A stretch of DNA of 50,888 nucleotides from Deltaproteobacteria bacterium (GTDB taxonomy: Bacteria; Myxococcota_A; UBA9160; SMWR01), in the NCBI GenBank assembly GCA_032128115.1, contig JAQBHB010000099.1, positions 1-50,888 of the forward strand, written 5' to 3'. How positions within the stretch are numbered: position 1 is the stretch's first letter; every line of letters begins with the position of its first letter. A program made the position numbers and the translations under genes. The notes under the pieces were generated by a model. It was given only the letters and a program-made list of their open reading frames with translations. It was not told where the DNA came from and searched no databases. Below are positions 1-9,818 of this stretch, piece by piece.

Positions 1-1656
1 GATCAGCCGGTCGAAGCGCGCGTGGCTCCAGCCCGTCTGGTTGTTGCCGCCGTTGCTGATCCACATGTCCAGGAAGGTGTTGGGGTCCAGGTAATCACCG
101 ATCCAGCCGGCGCGCATCACGTCGTACTCGCCCGCCTGGCCGCTGGCCAGATACGATTGCCACTCCTGGTTGTAGGCGCGCACGTCGAGTCCCAGATTGC
201 GCCGCAGCTGGTCGGCGATCACCTCGGCGATCTTCTTGTGGCCCTCCTGGGTGTTGTAGAGGATGCCCAGCTCGCGCATGCCGCGACCGCCTGGGTAGCC
301 CGCCTCGGCCAGCAACCGGCGCGCCTCGGCCAAATCGGTGCGCACCGGGCTCTCGGGCGACTCGTAGCCGGGCATGCCCGGCGGCACGATGTGGGCCGCG
401 GGCACCTGACCCAGGCGTGTCACCTCGCGTACGATCAGCTCCCGGTCGATGGCGAGGTTGAGGGCGAGGCGCACGCGCGGGTCGTCCAGGGGCGGCCGCC
501 TCGTATTCAGGCGGTAGTAGTAGACGATCATGCCCGGGCCGCTGTAGAAGTCGGGCCGTCGCGCCAGGGGCTCCACGAGGTCGCTTGGATAGTTGCCGGG
601 CAACCAGTCGACCGCACCGGTCAGGTACAGGTTGAGCGACGTGGTGGCGTTCTCCACCGGCAGCACGTCGATGGACGCGAGTCCCACCTGGTCGCGCCCC
701 CAATAGCTTTCGCTCCGCTCCAATCGGATGCGATCGCCCACGCGCCAGTCGGCCAGAACGAAGGGGCCATTCGAGACGATGGTGTCCGGCAGGAACCAGT
801 CGTCCGGGTGGACCTCGACCACGTGCCGGGGAACCGGCAGGGTCGAGTAGAAGGTGCAGAGCTCCAGGAAGTAGGGAGTGGGAGCCTCGAGCTCCACCAC
901 CAGCGTCCAGTCGTCGCGGGCGAATACCCCGGCGTCGATTCCGTAACGGCGCGCGGCCTCCTCGAAGAGCGCGCGGCGATGCGCCGCTTCTCCGGGCAGT
1001 GCGGCCGAAACCGCCGCGAGCTCATCCGCCTCGATCCGTCCCTGTTGCCGCAAAAGCGAAGCCTGCAGGGTCGCGTTGCGCGTTCCCTTGAGCAGCTCGT
1101 TCAACCCGTGCTCGCGCACGAAGGCCTGCCAGTCGGAGACCTCGAGTCCGCCGGAATGTTCGCGGCGCAGCGCGTCCAGGGCCCCGGCAATGGGTCCGGC
1201 GAGGGCCTCGGCGTGGCCGCCGTAGAGGTTGAAGGCCCGCGCATGGCGGATCATGTGCACGATGTAGGCGTACTCGGCGCCGAGAGCCGGATCCTGCAGC
1301 CGGCGCCAGGACCACGCGAAGTCGTGGGCCGTGACGGGTCGGCCATCGCTCCAGGTCGCGTCGGGTCTCAGGTGGAACGTGTACGTGCGCCCGTCGGGCG
1401 AGATCTCCCACGACGCCGCGGCGCCCGGCACGGGCGCAAGCGTCCGGGCCTCCAGACGCGCCAGCCCCTCGAAGATTGCCCGGGCCACGCGCCCCTCCGG
1501 CTGGCCGGTGATCAGGCCCGGGTCGAGGCTGCGCGGCTCGGTGCCGTTGATGAAGCGGAAGTCGGCCGACTGTTCCACCGAGGCCGTGAACGTGAGGCCC
1601 GCCACCGCGAGCGCGACGGCCAGGCTGGCGAGCACGCCGAGCAGCGTGCGGTACAC
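1..1656 (-). CDS. oppA: Peptide ABC transporter substrate-binding protein, OppA family (3' end runs off the window)
   Basis: Not in ORF track. Hand translation from GTG 1656 gives MYRTLLGVLASLAVALAVAGLTF...FINGTEPRSLDPG; the far end reads RAGWIGDYLDPNTFLDMWISNGGNNQTGWS, typical of SBP family 5. Starts 6 bp after the oppF stop. Confidence 0.9.
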   Translation of the reverse strand, partial: MYRTLLGVLASLAVALAVAGLTFTASVEQSADFRFINGTEPRSLDPGLITGQPEGRVARAIFEGLARLEARTLAPVPGAAASWEISPDGRTYTFHLRPDATWSDGRPVTAHDFAWSWRRLQDPALGAEYAYIVHMIRHARAFNLYGGHAEALAGPIAGALDALRREHSGGLEVSDWQAFVREHGLNELLKGTRNATLQASLLRQQGRIEADELAAVSAALPGEAAHRRALFEEAARRYGIDAGVFARDDWTLVVELEAPTPYFLELCTFYSTLPVPRHVVEVHPDDWFLPDTIVSNGPFVLADWRVGDRIRLERSESYWGRDQVGLASIDVLPVENATTSLNLYLTGAVDWLPGNYPSDLVEPLARRPDFYSGPGMIVYYYRLNTRRPPLDDPRVRLALNLAIDRELIVREVTRLGQVPAAHIVPPGMPGYESPESPVRTDLAEARRLLAEAGYPGGRGMRELGILYNTQEGHKKIAEVIADQLRRNLGLDVRAYNQEWQSYLASGQAGEYDVMRAGWIGDYLDPNTFLDMWISNGGNNQTGWSHARFDRLI

Positions 1657-1662
1657 CGACCG

Positions 1663-3257
1663 TTACTCCGAAGCTTCTGCCAGCGGCGGGTGCCCGACGG
1701 ACGGCCCGCCCGGCGCGCCCCCGCTTCCCAGGTCGTAGGGGCGCCCGTCGCCGCCGGGCACGCGGTATTGCCACGCCCGGCCCCAGGGGTCGAGCGCCCG
1801 CGAGCTGCCCACTGCCGGGATCAGGCGCCAGCCCAGCTCGGAGAGCTGTTCCGGGTACGCCCCTACCAGCTCGCGGCGCGCCGCAAGGGCCGCCTCCAGG
1901 GCGGCGAACTGGGTCTGGGCCTGGCTTTGCCGTTCGGCGCGCTGCCAGAACGCCCCGGTGCCGTGCAGAACCAGCAGCGACATCACGGCGCCGAGGATCC
2001 AGACGCGAGTCCGATCCGGGTTCGTGGTCAGGAACACTCCCAGCGCGCACAGCGCCAGCAACGATCCGGCGATGGGGGAGCCTGCCAGGATTCCGATTGC
2101 GCCCAGCCCAAACAGCGCGCCCGAGAGTTTCGGTCGCACCCGGGCCGGCGCCTCGATGCGCTGGGAACCCTTGGGAAGCTCCGGCGCCGCGGGCGAACGC
2201 GTCCCGCGCACCGACGCCACGCGGCTTCCCGCCAGCGCCGCTTCGAGTTTCTGATCCAGGGCACGATCGCCCGCCGGTCCCGGCTCCACATCGTAGGCGA
2301 GGAAGCACTTCACCCGGTGCCCGTCCCCCCGATCCACGGCCATGGGCTCCTCGAAGTAGCAGCGCTCGAAGGCCGCCGGACAGCGGGTGTTGAAGCGGCA
2401 TCCCGCCGGCGGGTCGAGCGGCGTGGGCACGTCGCCCTGGAGCAGGATGCGTCGCGAATGCCGTGTGGGGTCGGGAACCGGAATCGCCGACAGCAGGGCC
2501 CGGGTATAGGGGTGGGACGGCATCTCGAACAATCGACGCGTCCCGGCCGTCTCCACCACCTGCCCCAGGTACATGACTGCGATCCGGTGCGAGATGTGTC
2601 GCACCACCGAGAGATCGTGAGCGATGAAGAGATACGCGAGCCCCATTTCGCGGCGCAGGGCGATCAGCAGGTTGATCACCTGGGCCTGGATCGAGACGTC
2701 GAGCGCCGAGACCGCCTCGTCGCACACGATCAGCTTGGGCGCGAGGGCAATGGCGCGCGCCACGCCGATGCGCTGGCGTTGACCGCCCGAGAATTCGTGG
2801 GGATAGCGATTGATCCAGCCTCTGGGGATGCCGACCTTCTCCAGCAGCTCCACCACGCGGCCTTCCACCTGGGCCCCGGTGACCACGCCGTGCACCTCGA
2901 GCGCCTCCCCCACGATGTCGAGCACGGTCATGCGGGGGTTGAGCGAGCTGAAGGGATCCTGGAACACGATCTGCATCTCGCGGCGCAGGCGCGTGAGTTC
3001 GACCCGGGATGCGCCCAGGAGATCGTGTCCGTCGAATTGCACGCGACCGGACGTGGGCTCGAGCAGACGCAGCACGCAACGACCCAGGGTGGTCTTGCCG
3101 CAGCCCGACTCGCCTACGAGGCCCAGGGTTTCTCCCGGCGCCAGCTCGAACGACACGCCATCCACCGCCTTCACGCGTCCCACCTCGCGGCGCGCGATGC
3201 CGGCGGTCACCGGGAAGTGCTTCACCAGGTCGTCCACCTGCAGCAGGGGCGGCGCGC

Positions 3258-3261
<4 letters not shown>
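1663..3261 (-). CDS. oppF: Oligopeptide ABC ATPase (OppF) with C-terminal TM helices and a GspG-like domain
   Basis: Walker [18 protein letters not shown] signature, [10 protein letters not shown]-terminal [10 protein letters not shown] oligo_HPY motif. GTG start overlaps the oppD stop (GTGA). About 200 extra C-terminal residues. Confidence 0.9.
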
Positions 3262-4315
<1,054 letters not shown>

Positions 4316-4319
<4 letters not shown>

Positions 4320-5530
4320 GCCCGCAGCTTCGGATCGAGTGCGTCGCGCAGACCCTCGCCCACCAGGTTGAAGACACTCACCACCGCGAAGATCGCAGCC
4401 CCGGGCGCCAGGATCAGCCACAGCTTCTGCTCGAGGCGGCCCGTGTTCAGGGTCTCACCCCAGCTGGGCACGCTGATGTCGCCAATCCCCAGGAACGAGA
4501 GGCTCGATTCGATCAGGATCGCCGAAGCGACGCCAAAGGTGGCCGAGACCAGCACCGGGGCGATGGCGTTGGGCAGGATGTGGCCGAAGATGATGCGGTG
4601 GCGTGGAATGCCCAGGGCCCGGGCCGCCTGGGCGTAGTCGAGCTCCTTGTGCTTGAGGAATTCGGCGCGGATCAGGCGCGCCACTCCGGTCCAGCTGGTG
4701 ACGCCGATGATGATCATCACGTGGAAGATCGAGCGCTGCTCCACCAGTGCCGCCAGGGTGAGGATCAGGAAGAAGGTGGGAAAGCAGATCATCACCTCGA
4801 TGAAGCGCGAGATCCAGCCGTCCACCCAGCCGCCGAAGTAGCCGGCCAGCGAGCCAAGCACCACGCCGATGGACACGTAGATGGCCACGGCAATCACGCC
4901 GATGGTGAGCGAGATGCGCGATCCGTAGAGCATGCGGGCGAAGACGTCGCGCCCCACGTTGTCGGTGCCGAGCCAGTGGGCGGCGCTCGGCGGCAGCACA
5001 CTGCGCTCGGGATTCGTCTCGCGGTAGTGGAAGCGACGCGGCGGAAACACGGCCACCAACTCCTCGTCGCCGGACTCCAGGATCGCCGGGTAATCGACGA
5101 TGGCGCGGGACGCGTACAGGGGATTCTCGAAGGGCCCCCAGGCGGCCGAAGCCACCAGCACGAAGGCGATCCCGTGAAACAGTGCCAGCCTGCGCAGCAA
5201 CCGACCCCGCGACACCCGACGCCGCAGCGCCCACCAGACCATCGCGTAGAGCGGCGACAGCACCATCACCAGGTTGAAGAACACGTCGACCGCATTCTCG
5301 AACAGCAGCCGGTTGAACAGGGCCGGGAAGAGTGGGAAGCTCCAGCCACCCGAATCGCGCCACACCAGCGGCTGGTTCAGCGACAACAACGGCGCGTAGA
5401 TCGCCACCAGCACCAGCCCGCCGATGCACCACAGGCCGAAGACGGCAATGCGATTCTTGCGCAGCTGGTCCCAGACGATGCTCCAGTAGGAGATGCGCTC
5501 GGAGCCGCTCACGGGTACCGACCCCCTCAT
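4316..5530 (-). CDS. oppC: Oligopeptide ABC permease (OppC), enlarged
   Basis: [27 protein letters not shown]-like loop [25 protein letters not shown] overlaps the oppB stop. Confidence 0.92.
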
Positions 5531-6984
5531 TCGTAGCGGATCCGCGGATCCACGAGGGCGTAGCTCAGGTCCGTCAGCAGGATGCCCACCAGCACCAGCA
5601 CGGTCGTGAGCAGCTGCACCGCCATGATCACGTTGTAATCGCGCTGGTAGATGGAATCGATCGTCCAGAGCCCCATACCGGGAATTCCGAAGATGTACTC
5701 GATGATCACCGACCCGCCGAGAACCGCGGGAAGCAACCCCGCCAGCAGGGTCAGGATCGGCAGCAGACCGTTGCGCACCGCGTGCTTCCCGATCACCTGC
5801 CACTCGGGCAGGCCCTTGGCCCGGGCTGTGCGCACGTAATCGGATCGGATCACGTCCAGGAGCCCCGTGCGCATGTATCGCGAAAGCGCCGCCAGGGATC
5901 CGTAGGTGAGGCAGAAGAGCGGCAGCGCCAGGTGCCAGGCCACGTCGCCGATCTGCTGGATCGAGGTGAGCTCCATGAACTCGCGCGACTGGAAGCCGCC
6001 GGTGGGGAAGAAACGCAGGGCCTCCCAATCCGACCCGCTGGAGAAGTAGAACAGGAGTACGGTGGCCACGAAGAAGCTGGGCAGCGAGTACAGCATGAAC
6101 AGCGACAGGGTGAGCGCCCGATCGAAGCGGGTGTCCTTGAACACCGCCGAAAAGACCCCCAGCGGGATCGAGATGGCGTAGGCCAGCAGCAGCGAGACCA
6201 CCGAGAGCGACAGCGAGTAGCGAAGCTTCGAGATCAGTGTGGGGAGCACCGGCTCCTTGGTCACCAGCGAGACCCCGAAGTCGAGGCTCGCCAGGTTCTT
6301 CCAGTAGGTGGCGAAGCGCGTGTCCAGGGTGAAGATCCGGACCCGGTCCATGGCGCCGTAATCCCAGCGCGACCGGTTCGCCTGGTACCAGGTGTTCCAC
6401 TCGGCGACCACCGTCTGCTTGTTCGCCTCGGAATCGTCCAGCGTGTATCGCCACGAACGCATGCGCGCGTTCTCGACGGTCACTCCCTGGTTGTAGGCCC
6501 TCACCTGGGGAGACGGGTCCGACGCGAAGGGATCCCGAAGACGACGGTGCGCGGTGAGTCGCAGGAAGTAGACGGCCACATCGCGCAGGCGGTGGTCTCC
6601 GTCCGTGTCGGCGCGGTTCAGGATCGCCACCAGCGAGGGCACGGCGAACTGGCCGTAATCCTCCAGGTCCTCCTGGGCTCGGATGCGCTCGGCGGCGTCC
6701 GACTCGCCCTCGCCGGCCACCACCTGGAGCCGCTCGCGCACCTCCGCCTCGTCCAGGGCGAACAGGGTATTGAAGAGCACCGGCTTGTCCAGATTGAACT
6801 GCTCGCGAAAGATCCGAAACGATTCCTGGGTCTGCTCGCCCCGGATGTCGGCGGCGAGATCCGTGCCCTGCTTCTGGGCGCCGGGGCGCCCGGGGGCCAG
6901 GTTGAGCACCAGGAAGACGATCAACGAGATCCCGAAGAAGGTCGGGATCATGAGCAGGAGGCGCCGTACGACGTAGGCCCTCAG
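5527..6984 (-). CDS. oppB: Oligopeptide ABC permease (OppB) with a large periplasmic insertion
   Basis: (M)RAYVVRRLLLMIPTFFG...APG, DFGVS, DYVRTARAKGL, DLSYALVDPRI. Start is probably CTG 6984 overlapping the upstream TGA; GTG 6996/6999 are alternatives. Confidence 0.9.
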   Translation of the reverse strand: MRAYVVRRLLLMIPTFFGISLIVFLVLNLAPGRPGAQKQGTDLAADIRGEQTQESFRIFREQFNLDKPVLFNTLFALDEAEVRERLQVVAGEGESDAAERIRAQEDLEDYGQFAVPSLVAILNRADTDGDHRLRDVAVYFLRLTAHRRLRDPFASDPSPQVRAYNQGVTVENARMRSWRYTLDDSEANKQTVVAEWNTWYQANRSRWDYGAMDRVRIFTLDTRFATYWKNLASLDFGVSLVTKEPVLPTLISKLRYSLSLSVVSLLLAYAISIPLGVFSAVFKDTRFDRALTLSLFMLYSLPSFFVATVLLFYFSSGSDWEALRFFPTGGFQSREFMELTSIQQIGDVAWHLALPLFCLTYGSLAALSRYMRTGLLDVIRSDYVRTARAKGLPEWQVIGKHAVRNGLLPILTLLAGLLPAVLGGSVIIEYIFGIPGMGLWTIDSIYQRDYNVIMAVQLLTTVLVLVGILLTDLSYALVDPRIRYE

Positions 6985-8963
6985 GGCGCCACCCACCACG
7001 GAAGCGCGTTCGTCCGGGGCCGCACCCTGGCGAAGACCATGTTCTGCACCTCGTCCCACCAGCAGTACGGAACCTCGGGCACCATGAAGAACGTGTACGG
7101 CTGCTCGGCGTGCACGATGGCGTGGAATTTCCGGTAGAGGCGGACCCGCTCTCCGGGATCGAACGTGACGCGCAGGGTCTCGATGATCTCGTCGGCTTCC
7201 GGGTTGCGGAAGCCCACGTAGTTGGAGCCCTTGGCCACGTCGGCCTGGGTCGAGTGCCAGAGCTGGAAGGGATCGCTCTCCCAGGGAAGCGCCCAGCCGC
7301 CCATGTAGGCGTCGAACTGCCGCTCGTCGATCCGCTTCTGGAACAGGCTCCATTCGGCGGACTCGATGTCGAGCTTCACGCCGACCTTGAGCAGATCTTC
7401 CTTGAAGATGTTGGTGGTGGACGTGTACTCGGGCACCGTAGCCACGATCACCATGGTGAATTCGAACGGCGTGCGTTGGCCGTTTCCGTCCAGGTCCTTG
7501 TCCAGCAGGCCGTCGCCGTCCGTGTCTTCCCAGCCCGCTTCCGCCAGCAGCACCCTCGCCGCTGCCAGGTCGAAGGGAATCGGCTGGATCGCGGGATCGT
7601 TGTAGGGACTCGTGGGCAGGCTCGTGCCGGTGAGGATCTTGCCCAGACCGACCCAGACGTTGTCGATGATGCCCTGGCGATCGAGGGCGTGGGTCATGGC
7701 GCGGCGCACACGGGGGTCGCCGAAGATCTGCTTGTCCATGTTCCAGCCTACGTAGCGGAAGACGGGTTGCGAGAGCCGCTCGCAGTGGATGCTCCCGTTC
7801 AGGAAGGGGCTGTCCATGGGAAGCTCGCTCTCGGGCACGTCCTGCCAGCGCAGCAGCTCTTCCCGGTACTGGCTGGGGCGCAGAGGGCCCACCAGGAGCT
7901 CCTTGCCCTTCAGCATCAGCAGCGTCTTGTTGGGATCGGTGTAGATCGGATACACCACCTTCTGGATGGCAGGACGGGTCCCGAAATAATCTTCGTTCCG
8001 CACCAGCACGATCTGGCTGCCCGGGGTGTAGGACTCCATCCGGTAGGGACCCACGCCCACGAAGCCCTTGTTGTTGTACCAGTGCTGGTTGAAGCGCAGG
8101 CCCAGGGTTTCGTCCGGGATGCGCTCGCCGCTCTCGTCGTAGGCGAACAGGAACTCGGGAATGGGTGCCAGGCCCAGGGTGGCCGACACGCTGCCGTAGA
8201 CCTTGCGCTTCCAGCGCACCTGCAGGACGTGGTCGTTCACCACATCCCAGCTCTCCACATCGGCGTAGTAGTTCTTGATCGCGCCGTTGTCGACCTGGGG
8301 ATCGAGAATCATGCGCAAGGCGAAGGCCAGGTCGTGGGCGGTGAAGGGATGCTCCCCGTCGAGCCACGCGTAGCGCGGGTCGTCGAGATCGACGCCCGAC
8401 GGGGCGTGCCAGTTCACCCCCTCGTGCAGGTAGATCGTGTAGAGCGTGTAGTCGTCCGTGACCTCCACGCGCCACGCCAGGTCGCCCACCCAGTTCTCGG
8501 GATCGGTCCAGATGGCGCGGCCCGCGACGGACCCGTTGGCGTAGACCTCGATCTGGTCCGATAACTCGGCGGCATTTTCGGTGATGGGGTTGAAACCCTT
8601 GGGGTCGCCGCTGGGCCAGCCGCGAAGCAGGGTGCCGTCGAAGCTCGCGTCGGGGGGCGGGTACTCGAAGTCCTCGACGCCTATGAAATTCGGAGCGTCC
8701 GGGTGGAGGAGCTTCACGTGCGCGTAGCGCTGCGCCGGATCGTCCGACGAGCCGGCGGCACCGGACCCGGCGGTGCGAAGGCCCTCGCGACCGACGCGAC
8801 CGGACAGCCGATCGGTGGCGTCGCCAAGCGCTCGCAGCTGGCGGCTCTGCAGGATCAGCCGGTCTTCCAGGCTGTCGTTCTGGAAGATCAGCACCAGCAG
8901 CACGACCAGGATCGACGCGAGCAGCGCCACCACCGCCCATGCCAGCGGCCCGTTCCTCGGCAT
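6981..8963 (-). CDS. Peptide ABC transporter substrate-binding protein (SBP family 5), N-terminally membrane anchored
   Basis: N-terminal TM helix plus coiled coil; DPKGFNP, FTAHDL, GVGPY, DPRVRRAMTHALDR, GWEDTDGDGLLDK, DPFQLWHS motifs (OppA/AppA type). Confidence 0.9.
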   Translation of the reverse strand: MPRNGPLAWAVVALLASILVVLLVLIFQNDSLEDRLILQSRQLRALGDATDRLSGRVGREGLRTAGSGAAGSSDDPAQRYAHVKLLHPDAPNFIGVEDFEYPPPDASFDGTLLRGWPSGDPKGFNPITENAAELSDQIEVYANGSVAGRAIWTDPENWVGDLAWRVEVTDDYTLYTIYLHEGVNWHAPSGVDLDDPRYAWLDGEHPFTAHDLAFALRMILDPQVDNGAIKNYYADVESWDVVNDHVLQVRWKRKVYGSVSATLGLAPIPEFLFAYDESGERIPDETLGLRFNQHWYNNKGFVGVGPYRMESYTPGSQIVLVRNEDYFGTRPAIQKVVYPIYTDPNKTLLMLKGKELLVGPLRPSQYREELLRWQDVPESELPMDSPFLNGSIHCERLSQPVFRYVGWNMDKQIFGDPRVRRAMTHALDRQGIIDNVWVGLGKILTGTSLPTSPYNDPAIQPIPFDLAAARVLLAEAGWEDTDGDGLLDKDLDGNGQRTPFEFTMVIVATVPEYTSTTNIFKEDLLKVGVKLDIESAEWSLFQKRIDERQFDAYMGGWALPWESDPFQLWHSTQADVAKGSNYVGFRNPEADEIIETLRVTFDPGERVRLYRKFHAIVHAEQPYTFFMVPEVPYCWWDEVQNMVFARVRPRTNALPWWVAP

Positions 8964-8982
8964 CCCTCCCTCCCCCCCCGGG

Positions 8983-9816
8983 TCAGCCCCCCGGCACCTT
9001 TAGCACGAATGCCTCTGGGGCAAGCTCCGGGTTGAGCTGTACGTCGCGCAGCCGCAGCCGGGCGCGGGTGTCGGCCCCCGGGAAGGCCAACGTGAGCTCG
9101 TGAGCGAAGGCCCGCTCCCCCACGTGCTCGTAGTCGCCGAAGCGGGCCTCCCACACCGGGAAGTCGGGCTCGGACCGGGTCTCGACCCGGCGCAGCTGGC
9201 CCCGGGAATCGAATTCGAAGCGCTGGCTGCGGCCCGCAGGCCCGGTGTAGATGGCGACTATCGCGCCGTCCGAACGACGAGCGGAACCCGTGAGTCCCAG
9301 CTCGGCCTCGGGAAGCGGCGCTCCGAGCAACAGCTCCACCGCCTGGTCGGGCGAGAGGGGCACGCCCGCCACGTCGCGCAGCAGGTCCGGATACACGGAG
9401 CCCGACTCGAGGCTGCGATCCTCGACCTGGAAGAGCTGGTAGCGGCCGCCGTCGGTCACCAGCACGGCCAGGGTCTGGTTCAGCAGACCCAGGATCTCGA
9501 CGCGCAGCCGGTCCGGGCGCTCGAGGAACAGCAGGTAGTGGGCGCGCAGGGAGCCCGCGTCGCCGTCCACGGCCATGCGCACCACGCCGCTCAGTCCCAG
9601 GCGTCCGCTGGCCTCACCCCGAAGTGAATCCATCAGGCTCCGGGCCCCGGCGTCATCGCGCACCGGGCCGCGCCCCGGCGTGGCACAGCCCGAGACGCCC
9701 GACACGGCCAATGCGATCAACAGGGCGGCGGCGATCAACGGGGCGGTGGCGATCAACGGGGCGGCGGCGATCAACGGGGCGGCGGAGACAGACGGCGCCA
9801 GGGCCGCGCGACTCAC
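8983..9816 (-). CDS. Outer-membrane lipoprotein, LolB/DUF4292-like fold (tentative)
   Basis: Lipobox VSGC; beta-rich body with RPDRLRVEILG and C-terminal LNPELAPEAFVLKVP resembling LolA/LolB-fold proteins; follows the TPR lipoprotein by 2 bp. Confidence 0.6.
   Translation of the reverse strand: MSRAALAPSVSAAPLIAAAPLIATAPLIAAALLIALAVSGVSGCATPGRGPVRDDAGARSLMDSLRGEASGRLGLSGVVRMAVDGDAGSLRAHYLLFLERPDRLRVEILGLLNQTLAVLVTDGGRYQLFQVEDRSLESGSVYPDLLRDVAGVPLSPDQAVELLLGAPLPEAELGLTGSARRSDGAIVAIYTGPAGRSQRFEFDSRGQLRRVETRSEPDFPVWEARFGDYEHVGERAFAHELTLAFPGADTRARLRLRDVQLNPELAPEAFVLKVPGG
9713..9784. repeat. 18-bp tandem repeat x4 (GCGATCAACGGGGCGGCG) in the signal peptide
   Basis: Four near-identical units read directly; they encode AAPLIA/TAPLIA/AALLIA on the minus strand. 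Confidence 0.9.
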
Positions 9817-9818
9817 CG

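Noticed and set aside
5527..8940. Apparent 1137-aa OppB
   Set aside because: The first ~650 aa are an off-frame read of the SBP gene.
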